A stretch of 64,000 nt of DNA from an uncultured Thermoplasmata archaeon (GCA_963804525.1 CAWDQO010000006.1:410500-474499); one strand, 5' to 3'; numbered from the stretch's first letter, positions 31,880 to 42,066 are shown. Made by a program: numbers and translations. The notes: generated by a model not told the origin, from the sequence alone.

Positions 31880-33991
31880 GTGAGTCCCACGGACATCCTG
31901 CTCGGGCTCGTCGCCCTCGGGATGGCGGTCCCCACCGCCTACCTGGTCCGGCTCTCGGTGGAGGCACGGACCCGGGCCCAGTCGTGGGTGACCCTGTTCC
32001 TGCTCGCGATGATGGGCGAGATGTGGGTCGGGGCCGCGATCTACGCCCGTTCCCCCTCGGACGCGGCGGCGGTCGCCGCCCTCGCCGCGATGGGCGCGCT
32101 GATGGCCGCCACGGTGGCCGTCCTCTTCGTCGCGCTCGTCCGTGCCCGAACCCGCGCCGGTGGCGCCCCCGACGGACCGGACGCCTCGTTGGCGCGCCCT
32201 TCGATGGCGTACCGGGCGCTCGCTGTCGGAGTCGTCCTCCTGAGCGAGGGGCTGATGGCCTACTCGTTCCAACTCGCGACGGCGACCCCGTTCCTCGCCA
32301 CCGGGATCGGTGGCGCGGCCGGGATCGTCGCCTCGGTCGTCGTCTCCCCGTGGTTCGTGTTCCCGATGGGACTCGAGATGGGGATCGCGACCGCGCTCCT
32401 CTGGCCGCGTCTCTCCCGGCCGCTCCGCGTCATCCTACCCATCCAAGCGGCGGTCATGCTCCTGGCCCCGACGGCGCTCGCCTCACCGACGTGGCTCACC
32501 GTCTCGATCCTCCTCGGCAGCGCCGGAATGATCGCGGTGATCGTCTACGCGATGGAGCACATCTACCGGCACCGCGAGATCCCTACGGCGCTCGGAAGCT
32601 ACCTCCTGCAGCTCCTCGCGGCGTACGCCCTGATGATGGCGGGGCTCCTCCTCTGGCTCGTCTACGGGACGCCCGTCTGGCTTGCCGCCTCCATCGTCGT
32701 CGAGATGTTCGTCTACTTCGGGGCGGCGCTCGCTCCGGACCGGTTCGACTCGGACGAGCGGTTCTCCTGGCAGTTGCGTCCGGAGTGGGCGTTCGGCCTG
32801 CTGACCCTCGTCCTCGTGGGCGAGCTGTTCATGGGCGCGGTGCTCGACCTGCAGATCGAGCCGGCCCAATTCGCAGGCGCGTTCTTCGCCCTCCCTCTCA
32901 CCGGTCCGCCGGTCGTCGCCCTCGGGAACGCCCTCTCCGACGGGTTCTGGTTCTTCGCCGACGTCGCCGGCTCGACATGGTTCCTCGCCATGATGGGCAT
33001 CGAGATGGGGGTCCTCGTCCTGTTCAAGTTCCGGGAGACCCGGAGCGTGGAGACCCGCATCCGCCTCGGGCTCATGCTCGCCTCCTACGCGGCGTTCGCG
33101 ACCTTCTTCCCGAGCGTCTACTACGCGACGGTCTTCCCGAGCGCCCCCGCGGGGACCGCGGTCCCGGTCCTCGGGTGGAGCATGGGGGTCGGATCGGCAC
33201 CCATCGGGCCGTCGGTGTTTCTCGTCCTCTTCCTGACGTACGCGATCACCGGCTCGCTCGTGATCCTGTTCGGCCGCCGGGTGATCTGCTCGGTATTCTG
33301 CACGGCCCCCATGATGTACCAGGGAACGGCCGTCGACGCGATGAAATCGTTCAACCGCTCGAGCCCCGTCGGCCGGAAGTACCTGGGCAGCCGATTCTCC
33401 ACCGCCTACAGCGTGACCACCGGCGTCACGATGGGCTCGCTCGTCGTGGCCTCGTTCGTCTCGTACTTCGACGGACTCGGCCTTCTGAACTGGACGATCG
33501 GAGGGACCGACCCGACGGTGTTCCTCTTCGCGCTCTATTTCGGAGTACTCTGGTACGTCATGTTCGTCACGATCCCCTACACGGGGAACTACAATTGCGT
33601 CACGATGGGATGGTGCTACACCGGCACCGTCGCCCAGCTGTTCCAGAAGGTCAGCTTCTACAAGCTCAAGGTCCGGTCCAAGGACGTCTGCAAGGCGTGC
33701 ACCACGCTCGACTGCGCCAAGCATTGCCCGGTCGGCCTCGTGGACATGCCTGGCCATTTCCGGACGAAGGGGGAGTTCCGCAGCACCAAGTGCTGCGGCG
33801 TCGGGGATTGCGTGGAGGCGTGCCCGTACGGCAACCTCTACGTCCACGACGTCCGCCACTGGATCCGCCGGCGGGTGGGTCTCCCGGAGTCCCCCCGCGG
33901 AACGCCGCTCCCGATGGTACGACGGTCCTCCGCATCACCGGGCTCGGGCCGCTCTGGCGCCACGAGCCCCCCGGCGGCGCAGTCCCGGTAA
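31880..33991 (+). CDS. Polytopic membrane protein fused to a NapH/CcoG-like 4Fe-4S dicluster domain
   Basis: GTG start follows GGAGG. The membrane module is repeated (a second copy has WFLAMMGIEMGVLV). The C-terminal part has CSVFCTAPMMYQG, CKACTTLDCAKHCP and CCGVGDCVEACP. Confidence 0.6.
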   Translation: MSPTDILLGLVALGMAVPTAYLVRLSVEARTRAQSWVTLFLLAMMGEMWVGAAIYARSPSDAAAVAALAAMGALMAATVAVLFVALVRARTRAGGAPDGPDASLARPSMAYRALAVGVVLLSEGLMAYSFQLATATPFLATGIGGAAGIVASVVVSPWFVFPMGLEMGIATALLWPRLSRPLRVILPIQAAVMLLAPTALASPTWLTVSILLGSAGMIAVIVYAMEHIYRHREIPTALGSYLLQLLAAYALMMAGLLLWLVYGTPVWLAASIVVEMFVYFGAALAPDRFDSDERFSWQLRPEWAFGLLTLVLVGELFMGAVLDLQIEPAQFAGAFFALPLTGPPVVALGNALSDGFWFFADVAGSTWFLAMMGIEMGVLVLFKFRETRSVETRIRLGLMLASYAAFATFFPSVYYATVFPSAPAGTAVPVLGWSMGVGSAPIGPSVFLVLFLTYAITGSLVILFGRRVICSVFCTAPMMYQGTAVDAMKSFNRSSPVGRKYLGSRFSTAYSVTTGVTMGSLVVASFVSYFDGLGLLNWTIGGTDPTVFLFALYFGVLWYVMFVTIPYTGNYNCVTMGWCYTGTVAQLFQKVSFYKLKVRSKDVCKACTTLDCAKHCPVGLVDMPGHFRTKGEFRSTKCCGVGDCVEACPYGNLYVHDVRHWIRRRVGLPESPRGTPLPMVRRSSASPGSGRSGATSPPAAQSR

Positions 33992-34022
33992 CGACGGGAG
34001 GGGTTCGGGTTCCCCCGGGCGG

Positions 34023-36314
34023 TCAGCCACGGGGGGCCGACGATACCCCTCCGGGGTGGTCGGAAGGTTGGGACGGCCCGCCCCGGGGATCGCTCGGGAA
34101 TTCGCGCAGAGCCGACGGTGCGACCGGCGAGGAAGCCGGGTCTCGGCGAGCGTCCACGGCCGAGACCGTGGGGCGCGACGCTCCCGGAGCGCGGAGCGCC
34201 GGGTCCGGCGGTTCGGCCGCCGTCCGGGAGGTGTAATCGAAGATCGGCGCCGCGGAAAAGGCGAGCGCGTAGTACGCGAGCCAGACCAGCAGGACCGCTC
34301 CGGGGACCGTCAGGTCCACGCCGGGGACCGACCGCCACCGGTAGAGGCTGAACCCGATGATGCCGAAGAGCGCCACCGCGACCGACGTCTCGAACGCGGA
34401 GCCGCGGAGCGCGCCGGCGAACGCCGCCGCCCGGGACGAACCGAGCGTCCGGGCCTTCGGGGTGCGGACGAAGCCGGGCCGGGAGCCGAACGCCGCGCCG
34501 AGCGCGGCCCACAGGTCGTTCAGCTTGATCGCGTACCAGAACCCCAGGACCCCGAGGACGTCGGCGTAGCTCACCTTGGTCGTCGAGCGGAGGGCGACGC
34601 GGATCTTCAGGAGCCCATCGAGGAGGAGCAGGAGCGGGGCCGCCGAGACGAGCGCGAGCGCCGACAGCGTTCGGATCGAGAGGTACACCCCCGTCCACGA
34701 GGCGACGACGACGCTGGCGAGGGCGAACGTCACCGCCATCAGGAACAGCCCGTCGATCCAGAACACCCGGCTGAGCGTGAAGTCGAGCCGCTGCCGCTGG
34801 CTCATGTGGGTGGGATTCAGTTTCTCCGAGTTCATCCGGAGCATCTGCCAGCCGCCGTTCGCCCATCGGCGATGCTGCGAGCGGGTCGCCGCCATCGTCG
34901 TCGGAGCCAGCCCCCAACCGAGGGTCCGGTCGATGTAGACCCCCTGCCATCCGCGGGCGATGAGGCGGATCGAGAGCTCGGCGTCCTCCGTGACGCACGT
35001 CTCCGACCAGCCCCCCGCGCCCTCGATCGCGCCGCGGGTGACGACGCCCATCGTGCCGCAGAAGATCAGCGACCGCGCCCGGGCGCGGACCGGCTGGACG
35101 ACCCGGTAAAAGTAGGCGTCCGCGAGGGCGTACCAGCGGGCGAACGACCCGCGGGTCGCGTTCCGATATGCCTGCGGGGTCTGGACGAACCCCACCGCGC
35201 CCGACCCGAACGGGCCGACCGCGATGCGGAGGAACTGCGGGTCGACGACGTAGTCGGAGTCGACGATGGCGATGAGCTCCACCTCCCTGGGGAGCGCCTT
35301 CAGTCCGTCGTTCAGCGCGCCCCCCTTGAACCCTCGCCGGTGGGTCCGATGGCGGAAGTCGATCCCGTTCGCAAGGCAGAACGCCCGCAACGCCTCCACG
35401 CCGGCGGTCTCGGTGGAGTCGTCGAGGAGCTGGACCAGGAGCCGCTCCTTCGGATAGTCGAGGGCGAGAATGGAGCGGAGGCAGCGCTCGACGACGTCCG
35501 GCGGCTCGTTGAACGAGGCGACCTGGACCGCGACGACTGGCCACGGTTTGTTGGCGGCGGGGGCCGGCGGCGGGTCGAGACGACTCCCCGCGATGTACTC
35601 AATCGTGTAGAATTGGTAGGTCAGGAACAGGAGAAACCCCGAGGTTTCCACGACGAGGAGGACGACCCCGAGCGCCCGCGCGACCACGCTCGTCGCGGAA
35701 GCGACGATCAGGACCGAGTACCCGAACAGCCCCACCGCGACCATCAGGAGACCGAGCCACGTCGCGAGCCCCGAGAGCACCCACCGGGACGAGCTGCTCA
35801 TCCAGCCCACGAACGCCCCGAGTACGACCACGACGAGCAGCGCGAACGGGTTGACGTGGTACGCGGCCCAGAGGTGGCCTACCTCGCGGACGGCCCCGCC
35901 GAGCGCGGCCACGAACGGGGCAACGGGAGAGGACGAGGCCCCGGAGAGCCCCCACGTTCCCGGGGGGACGATCAGGGGAAGGCGGGAGCGGAGGCCGAAG
36001 ATCGACGAAAGGGTGACGCGGTCGAGGACGACGGTGCCGAACACCATCGCGACGACGCCCAAGGCCATTCCGAGGACGACCCGACCGAACGCCGTCACGC
36101 CGGGGCTCTGGAACCACCGCGTGCGAAACTCGGTCTTCCGCGGCAGGGCCACCCACCCGACCACGACGAGGAGCACCCCTCCGATCGTCAGGATCGTGGC
36201 CGCGGCGAGCGAGAACGCGGGCCAGGAGCCGCTCCAGGAGGACGTCGCCCCCCCGTTCGCGAGCGCGAGATACTGGAGCAAGAGCGGCCACAGGTGACCC
36301 GCCGTCCACCCCAT
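34023..36314 (-). CDS. GT2-family processive glycosyltransferase (cellulose/chitin-synthase-like) with N- and C-terminal TM domains
   Basis: VQVASFNEPPD, LLDDST, IVDSDYV, TEDAELS and QHRRWANG (the QxxRW motif). Confidence 0.8.
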   Translation of the reverse strand: MGWTAGHLWPLLLQYLALANGGATSSWSGSWPAFSLAAATILTIGGVLLVVVGWVALPRKTEFRTRWFQSPGVTAFGRVVLGMALGVVAMVFGTVVLDRVTLSSIFGLRSRLPLIVPPGTWGLSGASSSPVAPFVAALGGAVREVGHLWAAYHVNPFALLVVVVLGAFVGWMSSSSRWVLSGLATWLGLLMVAVGLFGYSVLIVASATSVVARALGVVLLVVETSGFLLFLTYQFYTIEYIAGSRLDPPPAPAANKPWPVVAVQVASFNEPPDVVERCLRSILALDYPKERLLVQLLDDSTETAGVEALRAFCLANGIDFRHRTHRRGFKGGALNDGLKALPREVELIAIVDSDYVVDPQFLRIAVGPFGSGAVGFVQTPQAYRNATRGSFARWYALADAYFYRVVQPVRARARSLIFCGTMGVVTRGAIEGAGGWSETCVTEDAELSIRLIARGWQGVYIDRTLGWGLAPTTMAATRSQHRRWANGGWQMLRMNSEKLNPTHMSQRQRLDFTLSRVFWIDGLFLMAVTFALASVVVASWTGVYLSIRTLSALALVSAAPLLLLLDGLLKIRVALRSTTKVSYADVLGVLGFWYAIKLNDLWAALGAAFGSRPGFVRTPKARTLGSSRAAAFAGALRGSAFETSVAVALFGIIGFSLYRWRSVPGVDLTVPGAVLLVWLAYYALAFSAAPIFDYTSRTAAEPPDPALRAPGASRPTVSAVDARRDPASSPVAPSALREFPSDPRGGPSQPSDHPGGVSSAPRG

Positions 36315-36785
36315 TGTCTGTACTCCTCGGCTCGTCCCGCTCCCGGGTCGACGGCGCCGGACTCCCTCGCCGCGCCCGCCGGTGCCGTCGATTCAAACGT
36401 CGCCGGGGCGCGGATAAGTCCGCGTCCGACGTCGTAACCTTTCTAGCAGGCTCGACCGGCACGGGCGGGGCGACCCCCGGGCGCCACCCACGGGCGCCGA
36501 CGCCCCTCCCAGGCCGATGTTGGGTCTCCAGACGGCGCTGGACCGAACGGCCCTGGTGACGGACGCTTCCCCCGTCGAGGAGACTGGGAGGAAATCGGCG
36601 TCGGACCACCGGGAGAGTGGGTCTCCGGGGCCCCGGCTCACAAAGCACCGCCGAACATCGCCTCCGGTCGTCCGAGGGTGCGCTCCCCGACACCACTACC
36701 ACCCGGTTTCGACCATTTCGGACGTTTTCGAGCCGGTCGAGCGCGGAGCAAACGGCTTATCTGCCGCTCGTTGACCCATAGGCAC

Positions 36786-37073
36786 ATGGGCGACATCGCG
36801 AGCATCCGCGCCAACCAGAATGCGACCTTCATCGCGTCGATCACGGCAATCTCGACTCCCCGCGAGGTCACGACCTCGCGCGGGACCTCCTCGGTCGCCG
36901 ACGCCACCCTCCAGGACGCGACGGGAACCACGACCCTGACGCTGTGGGGCGACGACATCTCGAAGTACAAGGTCGGGTCGAAGATCCAGATCACCGACGG
37001 GTGGGTCAAGGAGTTCAAGGGCAAGCTCCAGGTCTCGCTCGGGCGCTCGGGCACGATCACCGTCGTCCCGTAA
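36786..37073 (+). CDS. Single OB-fold nucleic-acid-binding protein (SSB/RPA-like)
   Basis: The internal ATG is at 36786. TSRGTSSVADATLQDATGTTTLTLWGDDISKYKVGSKIQITDGWVKEFKGKLQVSLGRSG is the typical short archaeal OB-fold pattern. Confidence 0.6.
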   Translation: MGDIASIRANQNATFIASITAISTPREVTTSRGTSSVADATLQDATGTTTLTLWGDDISKYKVGSKIQITDGWVKEFKGKLQVSLGRSGTITVVP

Positions 37074-37181
37074 TCCGCAGCGAGCTGAACCGGGACCCCG
37101 CCCGGCCGTCGCCCGCCGGGGGGGTCCCCTCCCGCGCCTTCGGGCGCGGGGGCCGCGTCCGGGACTTTTCCCTTGGCCGCG

Positions 37182-38013
37182 TTATCCCAGTCGGCGCACG
37201 GCGGCCTCAACGGCCGCGTCGAACGCGTCCGGTCGAGAGAGATTCAACAGGTGGTCCGCCCCGGGAACAAGCTCCACGGTCGCGCCGGCGATCCCCCGCG
37301 CCAGGAAGTTCGCGACGTGCGGCATCACGGGGTTGTCCCGGTCGCCGACTAGGATCCGGGTCGGAACACGGATCTCCCCCAGCCGGGCCGCGGCGGGCGC
37401 TCCGACGGGCGTTTCGTGCCGACCCGAGCGTTCCCCGAACACCTCCTCGGCGTTCTCCCGGACCATGGTCTCGAAGAGCTCGAGCGAGGCTCCGGTGAGC
37501 GCCGACGCCCACAACTGCCGGAGATGTTCGGTCGCCTCTCCGAGCCTGCCCGGCGGACCACGCGTCGACCGCCGCCTTCGAGAGCGTCTCGTCGCGCTCG
37601 AACGTCGCTTTCCCGCCGGGAACGTGGTCGTAGTCCATTCCGGAATATCCGGGGGCGATCAGCAACAATCCTCCTACGTGCTCGGGGTGGGCGAGGGTCA
37701 GGTCCAGCGCGATCTTCCCCCCCATGCTCGGCCCGACGACCAGCGGCTGCGTCAGATGGAGGTGGTCCAGGAGGGCTACCAGGTCATCGACGGGAGCGTA
37801 CGCCGAGGTCGCGGGCGCGGACCCGCCGTACCCTCGCAGGTCGTAGCGGACCACTTGACGGTCGTGCGCCAGGAGCGAAAACTCGCGATTCCACATCCGT
37901 CGGTCGGCGATCCCCTCGTGGAGGAGGACGATGGGCCGCCCGCGTCCGGCCTCCTCGTAGGCGATCTTCCCGCCGGGCACATCCAAGGTGTTCGGAACGA
38001 CCGAAGCGGTCAT
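37182..38013 (-). CDS. Alpha/beta-fold hydrolase with one frame shift near 37540
   Basis: The N-terminal part starts MTASVVPN at 38013 and has PIVLLHEG and the nucleophile elbow GPSMGG. The C-terminal part is ORF 37182..37514 (VGDRDNP...PGADHLLNL). Confidence 0.7.
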
Positions 38014-38235
38014 CGACGTCCGAGTGGCCCCTCGCCCCATAAACGAGGGGGGGAGATGGTGAAACGACCCGCCGCAACGCCCGATCGACCCGGGCCACCT
38101 CGGAGGAACCCCGGGTCCTGGTTCGGGTGTGCCTCGAACTCGGAGCGTCCGAACGGTCCGGAACAGGATCGAATCGGCCCCCGCTCCCGAAGCGGATTCG
38201 CCGACCTCATGTAGGGGTGGCCGAATCGACCCACC

Positions 38236-39450
38236 ATGCCCGACCCCTCTCCCCAGCAAGCCGCCGCCCTCGCGAAGAACGTCCTCACGAAGACCCTCCA
38301 CGTCCGGAAGGGGGAGAACGTCGTCATCGAGACCTGGTCCGAGTCGCTCCCGTGGGCGAAGCCGTTCGTGGCCGAGGCACGGAGACTCGGGGCGAATCCG
38401 GTCCTGCTCTACGAAGACGAAGCGTCGTTCTGGGAGGCACTGAAGGCGGGGCACGGCGGGCACACCGGCCGGGTCGGGAGCCACGAGTGGGCCGCGCTCG
38501 CCAACACGTCGGCCTACGTGTTCTTCTTCGGACCCTCCGAGTGGCCGAGGGCCGACGACCTCCCGGCCAAGAACCGGGCCGGCGTCGCGGCGTACAACGG
38601 AGAGTGGTACCGTCGCGCCGCGAAAGCCAAGATCCGGGGCGCCCGGATGTACCTCGGCCGGACCAGCCAACTCTCGGCCGACCGGTGGAAGCTCGACCTC
38701 GAGGCGTGGCGCGACGAACTGGTCCGGGCGAGCCTGGTGTCGCCCGCCGCCATGAACCGGATGGGGAAGCGGATCGGGGTCCGGATGCAGAAGGGAAAGG
38801 AGGTCACGGTCACCCACTCCAACGGGACGGACCTCTCGTTCCGTCTCGCTCGGACGCCGCTCCAACTGGACGATGGGCTCGTCGACGCCGCCGACCTGAA
38901 GACCGGGCAGAACATGGCGGCCATCCCGGGCGGCGTGGTCGGCATCTGCGTCGACCCGGCCTCGGCCAACGGCGTCGTCACCGGAAACCACACGACCTAC
39001 CCCGACAGCGGCCCGGTCACCGGTTCGCACTGGGAATTCTCGGCCGGGCACCTGACCGACCAGTCGTACGAATCGGGCGGGGCGCCGGTCCTCGCGGCGT
39101 ACGCGAAGGCCCCCAAGAACGGCCGGGACCGCCTCGGGTACTTCTCGATCGGGTTGAACCCGGAGATCACCAACCTGCCGCAAATGGAGGACCAGGAGGT
39201 GGGCGCGCTCCTGCTCCAGCTCGGGAACAATCAGTTCCGGGGCGGCAAGGTCGCGTCGCCGTTCAGCGCCTGGATGGTGCTGAAGGGAGCGACGGTCGCG
39301 ATCGACGGCACGCCGGTGGTCGAGGACGGCCGGGTCGTCTCAGACCTCGCGACCCGGCCCCCGGTCCTCGGCTCCGCCCGTCGGCCCACCGGCACGCCGG
39401 TCCGGCCCGGGGAGAGGCGGGTCGCCTCAGAGCTCGAGCGGACCCGGTAG
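38236..39450 (+). CDS. M29-family (aminopeptidase T/AmpS-like) peptidase
   Basis: The N-terminal pattern LHVRKGENVVIETWSE...ARRLGANPVLL and the overall size and layout match the family. The call rests on family resemblance only. Confidence 0.5.
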   Translation: MPDPSPQQAAALAKNVLTKTLHVRKGENVVIETWSESLPWAKPFVAEARRLGANPVLLYEDEASFWEALKAGHGGHTGRVGSHEWAALANTSAYVFFFGPSEWPRADDLPAKNRAGVAAYNGEWYRRAAKAKIRGARMYLGRTSQLSADRWKLDLEAWRDELVRASLVSPAAMNRMGKRIGVRMQKGKEVTVTHSNGTDLSFRLARTPLQLDDGLVDAADLKTGQNMAAIPGGVVGICVDPASANGVVTGNHTTYPDSGPVTGSHWEFSAGHLTDQSYESGGAPVLAAYAKAPKNGRDRLGYFSIGLNPEITNLPQMEDQEVGALLLQLGNNQFRGGKVASPFSAWMVLKGATVAIDGTPVVEDGRVVSDLATRPPVLGSARRPTGTPVRPGERRVASELERTR

Positions 39451-40659
39451 CGGGGTCCGGGACACCGGGGGTCCCGAGGGCACCGTGTCGTCGGACCCCC
39501 CAAACAGCTCTCGTGCGCTCGGGACGCTCCGGAACCCGGGGAACGCCCGGACGGCGGCGGACGAAACGAGCGCCAGTACCACGACGACCGAGATGAACAG
39601 CGAGTACCATCCGCTGGTGATGAGTCCCAGTCCGAGCACGAGGGTCAGGATCACCGTGGCGCTCGTCAGGCGCGTGTTCATGAGAACGGTCACCGGGCCC
39701 GCCCTCGCTTTTCCAAACACCGAGCGGACGACCGGGAAGAGCGAGAGCATCTTGAGCGCCGAAGCGGCCACGATCAGGGTCAGCAGGAGGGGCCAGTGGG
39801 TCAGGACGAACTGCAGATTGACCTTCAGCCCGACGGCGACGAAGTAGAGCGGGATGAACAGGGCGAACGCGATGGGCCGTACGTTCGAGAGGTACCGTTT
39901 CCAGGCGGACTGGGGGATCAACTGGGAGAACGTCAGCCCCATCAGGAACACGAACAGGATCCCGGGAACGCCCACGAGCGCGGAGAGAAGCGCCAGGACG
40001 GCCAGGGAGAGGAGGAGGGACCGGGCGCCGATGTTCGTGAACTGCGTCTCCCCCTTGCCCTCGAGCGCTTTGGAGAGGCGCGGGAGCAGGAGCGCGGCGG
40101 CGGCCAGCGCCCCGAGGACGCCGATCGTGAACAGGATCCCCGGGGTCGAGAGGACCGTGGCGGTCGTGACCGTCGCGTCCTCGGCCAAGTTGACGCAGAG
40201 CGTCGAGGCGAGCACGAGGCGCCCGAACGGGAGGTCCGCGAGGTCGAACTGCTGGAGGGTGGTGTAGGTGATCGAGATCGAGGTGTCGGCCAAGACGGTC
40301 GCGCCGACGATGCTGATGAAGAGCGGAGCGTGGACGACGTAGTAGAGGACGACGAACAGACCTACGAACGGTCCGAGGAACCCGGCGAGCCCGACCGTCA
40401 GCGCCTTTCGAAGGTTGGCCCGGAGGAATCCGAATCCCGTCTCGAACCCGGCCAAGAAGACGATGAAGAGGCCGCCGAGCGTGATGATCGAATCGGTGCC
40501 CGCCGGCAACTGGAAACCGAGCAGGGCGATCAGGAGGATGCCCGCGATGATCTCGAGGGCCGTGATGGGGAGCGAGGTCCACCGGGCGATGAACGCTGTG
40601 ACGACGACCGCGGAGAACACGAGGACCAGGTCGAGGTCCAGCGGGTTCAGGGCGACCAT
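39427..40659 (-). CDS. Cation:proton antiporter (CPA2/Kef-type Na+/H+ exchanger)
   Basis: An 11-12 TM protein with LPITALEIIAGILL and FLAGFETG motifs. Confidence 0.75.
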   Translation of the reverse strand: MVALNPLDLDLVLVFSAVVVTAFIARWTSLPITALEIIAGILLIALLGFQLPAGTDSIITLGGLFIVFLAGFETGFGFLRANLRKALTVGLAGFLGPFVGLFVVLYYVVHAPLFISIVGATVLADTSISITYTTLQQFDLADLPFGRLVLASTLCVNLAEDATVTTATVLSTPGILFTIGVLGALAAAALLLPRLSKALEGKGETQFTNIGARSLLLSLAVLALLSALVGVPGILFVFLMGLTFSQLIPQSAWKRYLSNVRPIAFALFIPLYFVAVGLKVNLQFVLTHWPLLLTLIVAASALKMLSLFPVVRSVFGKARAGPVTVLMNTRLTSATVILTLVLGLGLITSGWYSLFISVVVVLALVSSAAVRAFPGFRSVPSARELFGGSDDTVPSGPPVSRTPLPGPLEL

Positions 40660-40796
40660 CCGGCTCCATGAGCCGACGCTCCCGATTTGACCTTACCGGA
40701 GGTCTCTCAGAGTAGGATCCCCGATGCTCCAACGGAGGACCGCGGCTCCTACCGCGCCCCCGCCCCCCCGGGGGAAGTTCTCCGGACAGGAGCGAT

Positions 40797-40870
40797 TGGG
40801 CCCGGACGGATTCGAACCGTCGATCGACCGGTTATGAGCCGGACGCTCTAGTCCGCTAAGCTACGGGCCC
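40797..40870 (-). tRNA. tRNA-Met(CAT): tRNA with CAU anticodon (elongator Met, or Ile2 if modified), 74 nt
   Basis: Acceptor GGGCCCG/CGGGCCC, anticodon loop CTCATAA, T arm GACGG-TTCGAAT-CCGTC. G1-C72 argues against an initiator. Confidence 0.85.
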
Positions 40871-40900
40871 GCGGGAGCGGCTCGGAAAAGGCGAGGGAGG

Positions 40901-41005
40901 CGCCGCCGAGCGGAGTTTCGGGGCGCTCCGGATCGACCGGGCGTCCGTTCGAACCGCTGACCTTTCGGTTAACAGCCGATCGCTCTACCGCTGAGCTACG
41001 GCGGC
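40901..41005 (-). tRNA. tRNA-Asn(GTT): tRNA-Asn (GUU) interrupted by a 33-nt non-canonical intron in the T-loop (mature length 72 nt)
   Basis: Acceptor GCCGCCG/CGGCGGC, D arm GCTC-AGCGGTA-GAGC, anticodon loop CTGTTAA. The T stem AGCGG...CCGCT is separated by 40 nt instead of 7. Removing 40915-40947 gives the T-loop TTCGAAT. Confidence 0.75.
40915..40947 (-). other. Predicted tRNA intron with a bulge-helix-bulge motif (position about 59/60)
   Basis: Exon TTCG pairs with intron CGAA (4-bp central helix). It is flanked by the 3-nt bulges AAC and ACT. The outer helices are the T stem and an intron hairpin (CGCCCGG-TCGAT-CCGGAGCG). Confidence 0.65.
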
Positions 41006-41031
41006 ACCGGCGGCGCCGACGTGGGGCGGCT

Positions 41032-41428
41032 CTAATAGCCTTTCCGGGCGGCGGAGCGGCCCTTGTACTCCGTCGCCCGCTCCTGGAGGTGTTGGATGGT
41101 CGCGGCCATCCGGTTCAGCGACGAATCGAGGGCCGCGAAGTACTCCTTCGCGCGGTCGGTGACGACGGCGCCATCGGCGGACGGCTGGATGACCCCCTCG
41201 CGTTCGAGCAGGTGGAGCGAGTACCCGGACCTTGTGGATCGGCAGGTGCATCGCCTCGCTCAGCCGGATGATCCCCATCGGGGGATTCCCGGCGAGCCGC
41301 TCGACGATGTCGACGTTCCGTGCAAGGAGGTCGAGCTCGCCCGCGATCCGGTCGATGAGGTGCGGCTGGTCCCCGACCCCGGGGGGTTCGGGTTCGGGCG
41401 GTGGGGCTGGGGCCTTGGGGAACGGCAT
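41032..41428 (-). CDS. Winged-helix DNA-binding protein (putative transcriptional regulator) with one frame shift near 41225
   Basis: ORF 40985..41428 N-terminal part (...GIIRLSEAMHLPIHKVR) continues in the next frame as YSLHLLEREGVIQPSADGAVVTDRAKEYFAALDSSLNRMAATIQHLQERATEYKG, stop at 41032. Confidence 0.5.
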
Positions 41429-41502
41429 GTCACACCGTCTCCGGCACCGACCCCCGTTACTTCAACGTTGTCGGCCCGGGGGCGTCCATTCGAACACAAC
41501 GA

Positions 41503-42066
41503 ATGGGACGACGGCGGACCGGAGAGAGGAGCCTCCCGCGACTAAATACCACAAGGCCGTCGGACCTCCCGAGGGTCGCCGTGCGGGCCAATGTCGTCGT
41601 CTTCGGGGTCGCCCTCGTCCTCGTCGGCTTCGTGGTCTGGTACTTCCCCCTCACGACCGGGTCCACGTCGGCCCCGGTGCCGCGCGGGGACGCCTACGAT
41701 TACGGGCTTCCCGGAGCGCTTCTCATCGGCCCGATCCCGTACACCGCGAGCTGGACCGCGAGCGGCCCGGCGAACATCACCATCTACAGCTGCGGGACCG
41801 ACCCCGGCTGTCCGGACGGCCCGGACGCCCCGGTCGTCGCCTACTCCGACGAGGCGTCCGGATCGCTCAGTTGGACCAGCTCGGGCGGTCACTTCTTCCT
41901 CCTCGTTCCGGGTGCGCCGGTGAACGTGACCGTCACCTACATGGAGCCGATCGGCGGGGGCCTCGTCGGGATCGGGGTCCTCGGGTTCGGCGTCATCATC
42001 ACCGTGGCGGGACTCGCCATGCGCCGGCGGAGCCCGCCGTCGGCCCTCCCTGCCCCGCAGGATTGA
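41503..42066 (+). CDS. Hypothetical membrane-anchored protein (N- and C-terminal TM segments); start uncertain (ATG 41503 or GTG 41581)
   Basis: VVVFGVALVLVGFVVWYF ... extracellular segment ... LVGIGVLGFGVIITVAGLAM. Confidence 0.45.
   Translation: MGRRRTGERSLPRLNTTRPSDLPRVAVRANVVVFGVALVLVGFVVWYFPLTTGSTSAPVPRGDAYDYGLPGALLIGPIPYTASWTASGPANITIYSCGTDPGCPDGPDAPVVAYSDEASGSLSWTSSGGHFFLLVPGAPVNVTVTYMEPIGGGLVGIGVLGFGVIITVAGLAMRRRSPPSALPAPQD

Noticed and set aside
36315-36785. A 470-bp G+C-rich gap with an RNase P CR-V-like string (CAAACGGCTTATC at about 36749) and GGGAGGAAATCGG (about 36586).
   Set aside because: The CR-I consensus (GAGGAAAGUCC) is not matched. The two motifs are only about 165 nt apart, too close for a type A archaeal RNase P RNA. 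The region may instead be an unrecognised frame-shifted gene or a leader. A covariance-model search would settle it.
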